Source: a virus
Virus record (IMG/VR): IMGVR_UViG_3300009156_000037
Length of the DNA stretch: 53,746 nt
Direction: 5' to 3' (one strand)
Shown here: positions 1 to 7,629 of the stretch, in pieces
Position numbering within the stretch: position 1 is the stretch's first letter
Layout of the letters: each line of letters opens with the position of its first letter
Position numbers and translations under genes: made by a program
The notes under the pieces: model-generated
The model's input: only the letters and a program-made list of their open reading frames with translations
What the model was told of the DNA's origin: nothing
Database searches by the model: none

Positions 1-123
1 GTTGATCTATGTAGATAGTGCTGTTACGCAAGATCCAGTTAGCTTCCTGTTACATAGAGTGATGACTCCTAGACGTATCGGGGGGAGGGGTGGTAAGGTT
101 GGGGGTATGGAGGAGAACGTACG
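1..123. repeat. Left terminal inverted repeat (TIR-L), 123 bp
   Basis: nt 1-123 equal the reverse complement of 53624-53746, compared base by base. Identity stops at nt 124. It contains ATCTA-TG-TAGAT (5-16), CTGTTAC at 21-27 and 47-53, a G-rich SD-like tract and the ATG at 107. Confidence 0.95.
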
Positions 124-298
124 AGGTGCCAGAGACGCCTTCGAAGAGGAGATGGAAGCTCGGGAGCGAGCCTACGAACGTCGCGAAGATCGTCTGATCC
201 AGGACCTCAACGCAGCCAGGCAAGAGAACTTGGAGCTGAAGCTGGAGATTGCGCACCTGGAGAGCGAACTAGCCAACTGGCGAGGTACCCATGACTAA
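107..298 (+). CDS. Hypothetical coiled-coil protein (63 aa); its first 6 codons lie inside TIR-L
   Basis: ATG at 107 is preceded by AAGGTTGGGGG. The E/R/L-rich heptad-like sequence EEEMEARERAYERREDRLIQDLNAARQENLELKLEIAHLESELANW suggests a coiled coil. The longer TTG start at nt 2 is judged unlikely. Confidence 0.6.
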   Translation: MEENVRGARDAFEEEMEARERAYERREDRLIQDLNAARQENLELKLEIAHLESELANWRGTHD

Positions 299-545
299 CG
301 AAGAGGTGGAGGAGAAGGTCCTCGCGGACCCCACCTCCTACCTGAAAGGCTTCGTTGACGGACAGGCCGAGGCCCGCAGGTTCACCTGCCGGTTCTGCCA
401 CCTTCGCATCGACTGGTACACCAAGTACCGGATGTGGTTAACGGGCCGCCCATCGGGGCGACACTTGGACCGCAAGCAGAGGGCCACCTGCCGCGCCTTC
501 AACAACCCTGACGTACTGAACCGCCACGATCCCAAGCTCACCTGA
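291..545 (+). CDS. Hypothetical protein (84 aa)
   Basis: ORF with GAGG 5 nt upstream of the ATG. It overlaps the preceding stop by 8 nt (coupled). Confidence 0.6.
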   Translation: MTNEEVEEKVLADPTSYLKGFVDGQAEARRFTCRFCHLRIDWYTKYRMWLTGRPSGRHLDRKQRATCRAFNNPDVLNRHDPKLT

Positions 546-555
546 GGAGGAGCTA

Positions 556-717
556 GTGGAGAAGAAGGACAACCGGCCGCGCAACAGCATCGGGGACGCG
601 AGACGGATGAGCTACGGCACCATCTGGCAGCGGATGCTTGAGGTCTACGCGGTCGTCCCCGAACATGAGCTGCGGGCCATCCACCTGCGCTGGAAGAAGC
701 TGGCGGCCACCACATGA
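556..717 (+). CDS. Hypothetical small protein (53 aa), not in the ORF track
   Basis: GTG at 556 is preceded by TGAGGAGGAG. Its stop overlaps the next start as ATGA (714-717). Translated by hand: VEKKDNRPRNSIGDARRMSYGTIWQRMLEVYAVVPEHELRAIHLRWKKLAATT. Confidence 0.55.
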   Translation: MEKKDNRPRNSIGDARRMSYGTIWQRMLEVYAVVPEHELRAIHLRWKKLAATT

Positions 718-1040
718 GCGGTAAAAGAGCACCACGTATCCCGCTGCCTGAGGTGCTGGTGGGGCAGTTCCGGTCCAGGTTGCGCCAGGAACGCCTGGCC
801 CGCAAGATGACCTTGGACGAGGTCGCCGCGCTGGTGGGTGTGGCAAGAACATCGGTGGGCGACTGGGAGCGGGGCGTTTGTTTGCCCACCCCCGATCACG
901 CTGTCAGGTGGGCGTTGGCGGTGGGTGTCAAGCTCAGCTTCGAGGCCATCGTGACACCGCTCAACGAGTACGTACCCAGTGCCATCACCACCCAGTCCGT
1001 GCCTCGGGTGACGATCCGTCGCCGAGAAGATGAGGTGTAG
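714..1040 (+). CDS. XRE/Cro-CI-type helix-turn-helix transcriptional regulator
   Basis: LRQERLARKMTLDEVAALVGVARTSVGDWERG matches the classic HTH_3 pattern. Confidence 0.75.
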   Translation: MSGKRAPRIPLPEVLVGQFRSRLRQERLARKMTLDEVAALVGVARTSVGDWERGVCLPTPDHAVRWALAVGVKLSFEAIVTPLNEYVPSAITTQSVPRVTIRRREDEV

Positions 1041-1070
1041 TATCGGGCGCGTGTGTGAGGCCCGTCAGGC

Positions 1071-1111
1071 AAACGAACCCCCCTCAGGTAAACCCTGAGG
1101 GGGGTTCGTTT
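1071..1111. terminator. Bidirectional hairpin terminator between convergent genes
   Basis: Perfect 18-bp stem AAACGAACCCCCCTCAGG / CCTGAGGGGGGTTCGTTT with a 5-nt loop. It lies between the + gene ending at 1040 and the - gene ending at 1142. Confidence 0.8.
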
Positions 1112-1141
1112 GTCCCTCCCACCGTGGCGGGAACGTGACTG

Positions 1142-1354
1142 TCAGCCCGAAACTGATTCATCCCGCTGATGCTGGTCCTCAGCCTCACGGTTTCCTGGTG
1201 GTGATGGTGGGACTGGGTCGTGGCCGGACCCTCGGCAGTTCATTGGTGGCCACGAGCCGTCTTTAGCGCCGTGGTTCCACACCTTGCCGGCCTTGGTTAG
1301 TCGGTGCGATGTGTTGCAGATAGGGCAGTGACCTCGTGGTTGCTTGTTAGTCAT
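1142..1354 (-). CDS. Small Cys-containing (zinc-ribbon-like) protein (70 aa)
   Basis: Internal ATG at 1354 is preceded by AAGGAG. Contains HCPICNTSHRL...NCRGSG. The longer ORF upstream (to 1549) has off-frame-like P/R/T composition. Confidence 0.55.
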   Translation of the reverse strand: MTNKQPRGHCPICNTSHRLTKAGKVWNHGAKDGSWPPMNCRGSGHDPVPPSPPGNREAEDQHQRDESVSG

Positions 1355-1532
1355 CTGTCTCCTTGGCGGGGTGGTGCTTGTGGTTGGGGGCCTTGGCGCA
1401 CGTGAACCGAGTGGTCCAGGCGTACAAGGTGGAGAAGACCTGTTCGTGACTAACCAGCTCCCATGAGCCGAAAACCTGTTGTATGCGGCAGTTGCACCAT
1501 TTGCACCAGGCTCTACTGTGACGTACCACCAT
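1347..1532 (-). CDS. Small Cys-rich hypothetical protein (61 aa)
   Basis: GGAGGAG lies 9 nt upstream of the ATG. Contains the WCKWCNC motif. Confidence 0.5.
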   Translation of the reverse strand: MVVRHSRAWCKWCNCRIQQVFGSWELVSHEQVFSTLYAWTTRFTCAKAPNHKHHPAKETDD

Positions 1533-1728
1533 GAAACAGGCTCCTCCACATAATCGCCGCGACCTCTTTGTAGTGACTCTTGTCGTCAGGTCTCAAGGTG
1601 GCCCACACATCGTCTCGTGCCTGCCGGTTGCGAACGGAGGCCAGGCTCTCAGTCCTGGCCTCCGTCGCAACCATTTTGGCCAGCAGCAGGATTCGAGGGT
1701 TGGGCTTCGCTTCCGGCTGCTCTGCCAT
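1513..1728 (-). CDS. Hypothetical protein (71 aa)
   Basis: ATG at 1728 forms TGATG with the upstream stop. The N-terminal extension in the ORF track is judged spurious. Confidence 0.5.
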   Translation of the reverse strand: MAEQPEAKPNPRILLLAKMVATEARTESLASVRNRQARDDVWATLRPDDKSHYKEVAAIMWRSLFHGGTSQ

Positions 1729-2558
1729 CAGGACCGCTTCCTCCACGGGGGCAGCGTGTTGATGCGCTTGCCCTTGTTGTACTCCTCGGTGAGCAGGTCC
1801 GCGACCGCCATGACGATGCGGATCCGCTTCATCTTGGACCACTGCTGGGCCTGCGCCAGGAAGGCGAACGGTCCACCCGGGTAGCCGGACAGCTTGTCCG
1901 CCAGCGTGGGCAGGTCCACCAGGTCACCGTGCTCGGCGAGCAGGCGACCGATGCCCTCGAACAGGGCACCCTGGACACCGTAGCGGTCGTTGCCCCAGGC
2001 CTTGGAGATGACGAAGATGGTGGCCTCCACCAGGTTCGGCTCGGCGTCCAGCTTCTTCGACAGGTGGTAGATGCGCTCCACCGCCGCCACGGCGGCCACG
2101 TTGCCGTTGCCGACCTGCGGGGACACCGTCCAGCCGCGAGCCCGCAGCATGTCGGAGATCTCCAGGGCCGCCTCGTCCTCGGCGGTGCCGCGCACCTTGA
2201 ACTTGTCGATGACGCGGGGCTTGGTGGTGAAGTTGAGGTCCAGGAACAGCTGTGCCTCCTGCTTGAGGGTCAGGCCCTCGAACACGCGGCATGGTATGGC
2301 ACCTTCGTTGCTGGTTACTTCCTGGACGGTGCGCCACCGGTGCTGCCCATCGACAATGATGTCGACGCGCTTGGTGCCGTTGGGGGTGCGCCGTCGCGAC
2401 ACCGTGATGGTGCCCAGCGCATCCCAGCTGAAGTTCCGCTTCATCTTCTCGACCTTGTGCAGGTCGAGGGGACGCTGCACCAGGGGGTCTGTTTCCAGGT
2501 CGGAGACCGGGATCATTTCCTCGGTGTAGTGCGGGAGTTCTTTCGCCGCTTCAGCCAT
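1728..2558 (-). CDS. DGQHR-domain protein (DndB-like, ParB/Srx superfamily)
   Basis: IIVDGQHRWRTV is followed by QLFLDLNFTTKPRVIDKF, the two signature blocks of the DGQHR/DndB family. AAGGA SD is present. Confidence 0.75.
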   Translation of the reverse strand: MAEAAKELPHYTEEMIPVSDLETDPLVQRPLDLHKVEKMKRNFSWDALGTITVSRRRTPNGTKRVDIIVDGQHRWRTVQEVTSNEGAIPCRVFEGLTLKQEAQLFLDLNFTTKPRVIDKFKVRGTAEDEAALEISDMLRARGWTVSPQVGNGNVAAVAAVERIYHLSKKLDAEPNLVEATIFVISKAWGNDRYGVQGALFEGIGRLLAEHGDLVDLPTLADKLSGYPGGPFAFLAQAQQWSKMKRIRIVMAVADLLTEEYNKGKRINTLPPWRKRS

Positions 2559-3363
2559 TCTCTCGTTCCTTTCGTTCTTTCCTCAGGCGATTGCCCAAGA
2601 TCATTACCTTCCCCTTGATCGCGGCGAGTGCCGCTGTCAAGTTGTCGATCTCCTCCGTGGTGATTCCTGGCCGGATGTGTCCGATCCTGTCGAATGCGTT
2701 CACGACACCAGTTGCCTGGATCAGAAGACCATTGATCAGTTGTCGTTGTTCCTGCTCAGTGCCACCATGGCGACCCACCCTCTTGTACATTTTCAGTCTT
2801 CCTGCCGCCGCATGTATGGTCAGTTCTCCACTATCCACCTGTGCCGCAAGTTCAGCTGCTATACGACCTTCCTCATTGTTGAGGAGGGCCCGCCTGTACA
2901 GGGTGTGCGAGTGGTTGAGGATGGATTCCGTGGATCCCACCGCCTTTGCAACGAGAGGGCGAGTTGGTCCTATCGGGTCTCGTAGGTGCTTGGGTTTGCC
3001 CCGTCTGGCCTCTCGGCCGGCCATCATCCGTGCCATGATCTGGTCGTACAGGTCCTCGTACAGGAGGAAGATGCGGCGCGGTGAAACGGGTCGTTCCTGC
3101 ACACCGTGCTCATGTGTCCTTCTCAGGTGTGCAATTGATTGGTCGAAGGTTGCAGACCTCACGCATGCGATAGCTTGTCTTCCGTTGTTCTGAAAGACAC
3201 GGATACGTCGCAGTCCGTCGATGAGCTGGTTGTCCTGATCCAGTAGTACCGGGATCTTGAGGTCCAGGTGTGCTATGGAGGCCTCAAGGCCACTGAGGTC
3301 ATCACCTTGTTCAAGGTCACGAGAGATCTTGATGTCGGCAATGAGAACCGACTCCACTTTCAC
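2551..3363 (-). CDS. ParB N-terminal-domain-like protein
   Basis: IPVLLDQDNQLIDGLRRIRV resembles the ParB/Srx core. Start is taken at GTG 3363 after GGGAGGAG; the ORF-track N-terminus overlaps the primase gene and looks off-frame. There is an 8-nt overlap with the DGQHR gene. Confidence 0.6.
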   Translation of the reverse strand: MKVESVLIADIKISRDLEQGDDLSGLEASIAHLDLKIPVLLDQDNQLIDGLRRIRVFQNNGRQAIACVRSATFDQSIAHLRRTHEHGVQERPVSPRRIFLLYEDLYDQIMARMMAGREARRGKPKHLRDPIGPTRPLVAKAVGSTESILNHSHTLYRRALLNNEEGRIAAELAAQVDSGELTIHAAAGRLKMYKRVGRHGGTEQEQRQLINGLLIQATGVVNAFDRIGHIRPGITTEEIDNLTAALAAIKGKVMILGNRLRKERKERENG

Positions 3364-3389
3364 TCTGATGACTCCTCCCGTCGTCCGGT

Positions 3390-3406
3390 CCCAGGGGACC
3401 CCTGGG
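3390..3406. promoter_or_regulatory. 17-bp perfect palindrome CCCAGGGG-A-CCCCTGGG upstream of the ParB-like gene
   Basis: Read directly. It lies in the ~98-nt gap between the primase stop (3462) and GTG 3363. Confidence 0.4.
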
Positions 3407-3461
3407 GTTCTGAGTGCGACAGTAGCGCACCCCGTCAACAATGACAAGCGTCCTAGGATGA

Positions 3462-5915
3462 TTAGTCGAGTGCGGGCATCATGGTGCCCAAAATGCTCAC
3501 CCCAGTGCAGCGACCAATACCCCGCCACACCCGACCGGTGGCCTCCCGCACGTACTGCAAGGCTAGTCGTCCCGACTCCAGTCGGTGTACGAATCGGCGC
3601 TGGCCCAGGGCCCGTTCCCCCGTGTCTTTCAGCCACTCCGTGTACATCCGGTACAACTCCCTGCCCCGGATCTTGGTCTCAGGTGCCAGCTCCAGCACCC
3701 CCTCGTCCACGGTCTCCTCAATGAAGCGCATCACCTGGTCCGACTGGGACCGGTGCTCGGCCACCGCCGCCAGGATCTGCTCCGGCTCGCCCAACCCGTG
3801 TTCCAAGAAGTCGTAGAGGCCCTCCAGGAGCCAGTTGAGGATCCCGTCAGCCTCCTTGATGAGCACCTTGCGGGCCAGGTCCGGCTCCTCCTTGTGCTCA
3901 CCGTCGCGGGTGAACTCGGTCAGGAACGGGATCAGCTTGGCCCGCCGCCAGATCGCACCATCGTCGGAGTTGAACCGGGGTGGGTGGTTGGTGGCGATCC
4001 AGATCGAACACTCCGGTACCCATGACTGGTGCTTCTCGTACAGGTCACGGGAGGTCAGCTCGTCGCGGCCGGTCAGACGCTTGAGCATGTCCTCGTCGAA
4101 CGCGGTCGACTCGGCCGTCTCCGAGCTGGACACGAACCGGCGCCCACGCAGCTGGTGCAGGTCGTGGGTGGGCCCCTTGTCTCGGCTGGCCTTAAAGGTG
4201 CCGGGGGGCGCCGTCACCGCGTAGTCGCCGAACAGCATCCGCATGCACTCGATGAACTGGCTCTTGCCGGTGCCGGAGGGCCCGTAGATGAGGAACATGG
4301 CCCGCTGGTCGGAGTCACCGAACAGGGTGTAGCCCATGGCACGTTGCACATATCTACGGGTCTCAGGGTCGGGCAGGACTTCTTCCATGAAACGTCGGAA
4401 TCGGGGGGCTTCGGCCTTCGGATCGTAGGCGGCAGCCATCACTCGGGTGATCTTGTTGTCGGGGTTGTGTGGCTCCAGGGTGCGAGTTTTCAGGTTGAAT
4501 GTCCCATTGTGCAGATTGAGTAGATGACGGTCGGTGTCCATCTCCTCCCCGCCGAGACTGACCCCCTTCAGCGACTTCAGCCTGCGCATCACCGCATCAC
4601 ATCGGGCCATGAACCGGGTCCGTCGCCAGAACTTCAGCTCAGTTTCGTTGTTCGCTGTCTCGGCCTCGTTTAAGCGCTGCTCAGTGAAATCGAAGTAGCG
4701 ATCCACGGTCACGCCTTTGTAGTCGGGTGACCATTTGCGCCCGTCCCATGCCATGAACATGTTCGTGTGGTAGTTGAAGATAGGGAAGTATCCAAATACT
4801 TCGAAGTGCCAGTGAATGAAGTCCTTGCCGAGAGCATCATCATCCCGCACCACCCTGGGCCGACCACCAACCCGTGTCGGTGTCGTCGGTATGAACTCGT
4901 CCAGTACCGCCACCGAGCTACCAGGTGAAGACCCGCTGAAACCCTTGCTCACCAGGGCCTGAGTGGCCGCATAGAAGTTGCCACCATAGCGGTACGCGGC
5001 CAGGTACCCGAACTTCGAGTAGGTCATGTCTGGTTGCAGCTCGGCAATGTTCGACGAGAACACCTTCAGCAAGTCTGAGCCCCGATAGTTCACGGTCACC
5101 GAGTGGCCGAGCCGGGGGTCCTTACCAGGGCGAGCGTAGTACTCCTCCTCGCCGGTGCTGTGCGAGTAGCGGAACCCGTCCTCCTCCAGTAGGTCACGCC
5201 ACGTGACCTGCTGGGCCCACAGGTCTCCTGGACGTGAACCGGCCCCACTGCTTGTTGGACCTGGGGAGGCAAGGACAGGCAGTGGGGCCGGGGTCTGAGG
5301 CTTTTCACGACGGTCAAGGACGATGGTCAGCGCCTCATGGAACGCACAGCGTTCCCGCCACGACAACCCCAACAGCTGGCCGTACTCACCGGAGGCCAGC
5401 GACCAGGAGTCCCCGGTAGGGTGCACCAGGCCACTGGTGGGGGCGACAATGACGTACCCGCCCTCACCTCGGGTCTCGGACAGCACCTTCCCGGTCTCGC
5501 TGACGGCAATTTTCGTATTACCGGGAACCGAATTATCGGTAATTCGGTAAAGCCAGTGGATGCCACCCGAAGGGGTCCACTCCATGTACCCGTCAGGTCC
5601 GGTTAACTTGTCCCAGACGTAGCCGTAGCCGAGTTCGTCCAGCTCGTTTTGGATGTGGATGAGCAGAGTGCCTTTGGCGGCGTCGGCTTCAAGCTCGGTC
5701 ATTTCCATGTTGCCGGACACGTCGCCGCAGATCAGCGCCAAGCCGAGCTTGGCGTGCCCGTTGCCCCACCATTCATCCAATTGCCCTGACAGTGGTAGCT
5801 CTACCTGGTACTGGCCCCATCGGATGGCCGGCTTTTTGGTCCCGTCGTTGAGTACTGGGATGGTGGACACGCCGGCCGAGTTCCAAATCCGTGCTACCTC
5901 TGCTACTGTGGGCAC
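3462..5915 (-). CDS. Bifunctional primase-polymerase (AEP) / D5-P4-type SF3 helicase
   Basis: The N-terminus WNSAGVSTIPVLNDGTKKPAIRWGQYQ is typical of the prim-pol domain. The C-terminal half has Walker A IYGPSGTGKSQF and D5-like context. GTG start follows TAGGAGG. Confidence 0.85.
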   Translation of the reverse strand: MPTVAEVARIWNSAGVSTIPVLNDGTKKPAIRWGQYQVELPLSGQLDEWWGNGHAKLGLALICGDVSGNMEMTELEADAAKGTLLIHIQNELDELGYGYVWDKLTGPDGYMEWTPSGGIHWLYRITDNSVPGNTKIAVSETGKVLSETRGEGGYVIVAPTSGLVHPTGDSWSLASGEYGQLLGLSWRERCAFHEALTIVLDRREKPQTPAPLPVLASPGPTSSGAGSRPGDLWAQQVTWRDLLEEDGFRYSHSTGEEEYYARPGKDPRLGHSVTVNYRGSDLLKVFSSNIAELQPDMTYSKFGYLAAYRYGGNFYAATQALVSKGFSGSSPGSSVAVLDEFIPTTPTRVGGRPRVVRDDDALGKDFIHWHFEVFGYFPIFNYHTNMFMAWDGRKWSPDYKGVTVDRYFDFTEQRLNEAETANNETELKFWRRTRFMARCDAVMRRLKSLKGVSLGGEEMDTDRHLLNLHNGTFNLKTRTLEPHNPDNKITRVMAAAYDPKAEAPRFRRFMEEVLPDPETRRYVQRAMGYTLFGDSDQRAMFLIYGPSGTGKSQFIECMRMLFGDYAVTAPPGTFKASRDKGPTHDLHQLRGRRFVSSSETAESTAFDEDMLKRLTGRDELTSRDLYEKHQSWVPECSIWIATNHPPRFNSDDGAIWRRAKLIPFLTEFTRDGEHKEEPDLARKVLIKEADGILNWLLEGLYDFLEHGLGEPEQILAAVAEHRSQSDQVMRFIEETVDEGVLELAPETKIRGRELYRMYTEWLKDTGERALGQRRFVHRLESGRLALQYVREATGRVWRGIGRCTGVSILGTMMPALD

Positions 5916-5930
5916 TGATACCTCCTAAAG

Positions 5931-5971
5931 GTGAAGGGCCCTTCCTGTTGGCGGGAATAGGGGCCCTTCAC
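5931..5971. repeat. Inverted repeat GTGAAGGGCCC ... GGGCCCTTCAC (11-bp arms, 19-nt spacer)
   Basis: Read directly. It sits immediately upstream of the primase-helicase start. Confidence 0.7.
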
Positions 5972-6082
5972 TTTGTTGGTTAAGAGGGTGCCCGACGCGC
6001 AGGAAGACAGGGCAGTGTGGACATCATCCACCAGTTGGCCCCAATGCGCTAGCCCCGACACGGACCTTTCGACCTCTGAAAA

Positions 6083-6142
6083 GTTTCGCCTACGATCTGT
6101 TGGCCAGTTGGCCACATCTAACCTCAAAATCGTAGGCGAAAC
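6083..6142. repeat. 14-bp inverted repeat enclosing tandem GTTGGCCA GTTGGCCA
   Basis: GTTTCGCCTACGAT (6083-6096) pairs with ATCGTAGGCGAAAC (6129-6142). The loop holds two adjacent GTTGGCCA copies, and AGTTGGCC occurs again at ~6033-6040. Confidence 0.7.
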
Positions 6143-6159
6143 CTTCCACTACCCTTCGG

Positions 6160-6774
6160 CTAGAAGGGCGCCTCCGGGCTTTGCGGCGGGTAGGGAGGCG
6201 GGGGTGGCGTCTGCCCCATGAGCCGCGCTGCGCCACGATCGGCCTGGGCCGCCATCCGCTGCAAGGTGCTTTGCGCGTGGGCGGCCGTGTTCACGGTGGT
6301 GCTCACCGGCGGACTTACCGGGGCAGCGGTGGGGTCCTGCTGCTTCCAGCGCTCCGACTTGACGAAGTTCGGGTGCTCAACCAGCCACTTGGAACCACGG
6401 GCCACCGCTTCCGGATCCTGAGTGGCGGAACGCAGCTCGAACGGGGGGTTGCCCATGGTGGCCACACCTTGGACCATCCAGGCCAGCATGGGCCGGGGCG
6501 AGTCGATGCGGGGTCGCAGGGCCTGGATCAACTTGGCATTGCGCCACCAGATCCGTTGCCCGAGAACCCCGTATTGACCGGTGGGCTCGTCGAGCCAGTC
6601 CAAGTTGACCACGTCTACGATGATCACGTCGGAGGGCTTGTCGGGGCGGGAGTACTTGGTGGGGGAGTCGGCGATGTAGTCGACCGCCCACACGAGTAGC
6701 AAGTTGCCAACGATCTCCTTCGGTGGCATCAGGACGCCGGTGGTGGGGGCCGGTTCGTCGAAAGGTTGCGTCAT
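6160..6774 (-). CDS. Hypothetical protein with SSB-like C-terminal tail (possible ssDNA-binding protein)
   Basis: AAGGAG SD. The Pro-rich C-terminus ends ...PPPPPYPPQSPEAPF, reminiscent of the ...PPF/IPF tip of bacterial SSBs. It sits between the nuclease and primase genes. I could not verify an OB fold. Confidence 0.35.
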   Translation of the reverse strand: MTQPFDEPAPTTGVLMPPKEIVGNLLLVWAVDYIADSPTKYSRPDKPSDVIIVDVVNLDWLDEPTGQYGVLGQRIWWRNAKLIQALRPRIDSPRPMLAWMVQGVATMGNPPFELRSATQDPEAVARGSKWLVEHPNFVKSERWKQQDPTAAPVSPPVSTTVNTAAHAQSTLQRMAAQADRGAARLMGQTPPPPPYPPQSPEAPF

Positions 6775-6816
6775 GTCGCGATCTCCTTGTTCTGGTTCGT
6801 GTTCTGGTACTTGGGT

Positions 6817-7629
6817 TCAGCTGCCGGGACAGCCGAAATTGTCCGCTGACTGGTCGGGGCCCATGTCGGGCCGATAGAACGGACAGAAGCCGCACTGGTA
6901 GGCCACTGCGGGGATCTGTTGGAAGCGGTGGGGGTTGCTGGCTATGTCGAGGTCCAGTACCGAAGCCGCGACCCGGTACATCCGGTCCAATGCCGCCAGT
7001 GCCACCTCTTCACTGTAGTCGCCCACCCATACGTACATGTTGGACAGCCATCCGGAGCGGGGGTAGAAGGCCAAGGCGACCTTCTTGACCGGCATACCGG
7101 CCAGCCGGTATCCGTACCCATACAGCTGGACTTGCACCACATACTCGGGTGGCGGGCCGTCCTTGGGGATCTTTCTCATGACGTCGGGTCCGGCCGACTT
7201 GTGGTCGATCACCATCTCGTCGTGGTACAGGTCGGAAGTGCCGCTGATGAACTCACCGATCTGCAACTTGCGTTCCGTGGTCCAGCCAGCCTGATCACGG
7301 AACGTTTTCTCCAACCACATGTGGATGGCCTGACCCACGGTTGCTGGCCACGGGTCGGTGCGGGTGTTCACCGCCGGGGTTTCGGTTAGCAGATAGGCGA
7401 TCTTCCGGTCGCAGGGTGTGCCCAGATCTGAGGGGCCGAGGCTCTTTTGCAGGGTTCTTGGGTCGTTGTTGGCCGCGTCCAAGATGATGGTCATGAGGTC
7501 GTCGCGTAGTTTGCGGGCCAGGGGGTCTTCGTCGAAAGGTTCCGTGAACATGGGGCAGGTGGGGTGGTTGATCCGGTCTTCTTCGCCGGGTACCACCATC
7601 ATTTCGGTGTTGCATACCACGCAGTTCAC
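6817..7629 (-). CDS. Cas4/RecB-family PD-(D/E)xK exonuclease with Cys cluster
   Basis: Contains GTSDLYHDEMVIDHKS (D...D/ExK), QVQLYGYGY (QxxxY) and C-terminal CGFCPF...C plus an N-terminal Cys. Start is taken at GTG 7629, forming GTGA with the upstream stop; ATG 7665 is the alternative. Confidence 0.75.
   Translation of the reverse strand: MNCVVCNTEMMVVPGEEDRINHPTCPMFTEPFDEDPLARKLRDDLMTIILDAANNDPRTLQKSLGPSDLGTPCDRKIAYLLTETPAVNTRTDPWPATVGQAIHMWLEKTFRDQAGWTTERKLQIGEFISGTSDLYHDEMVIDHKSAGPDVMRKIPKDGPPPEYVVQVQLYGYGYRLAGMPVKKVALAFYPRSGWLSNMYVWVGDYSEEVALAALDRMYRVAASVLDLDIASNPHRFQQIPAVAYQCGFCPFYRPDMGPDQSADNFGCPGS

Noticed and set aside
75-106. G-rich tract in the TIR (GGGGGGAGGGGTGGTAAGGTTGGGGG) as a G-quadruplex.
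   Set aside because: It has only three G3+ runs with one 10-nt spacer, so it does not meet the usual four-run pattern. It is more simply read as the SD region.
2-298. Full-length ORFs starting at the very first and last nucleotides (TTG at nt 2; mirror at 53745).
   Set aside because: This would require translation from the extreme DNA end with no room for a promoter or SD. The internal ATG at 107/53640 has a G-rich SD-like tract. The first 35 residues are identical only because they lie in the TIR.
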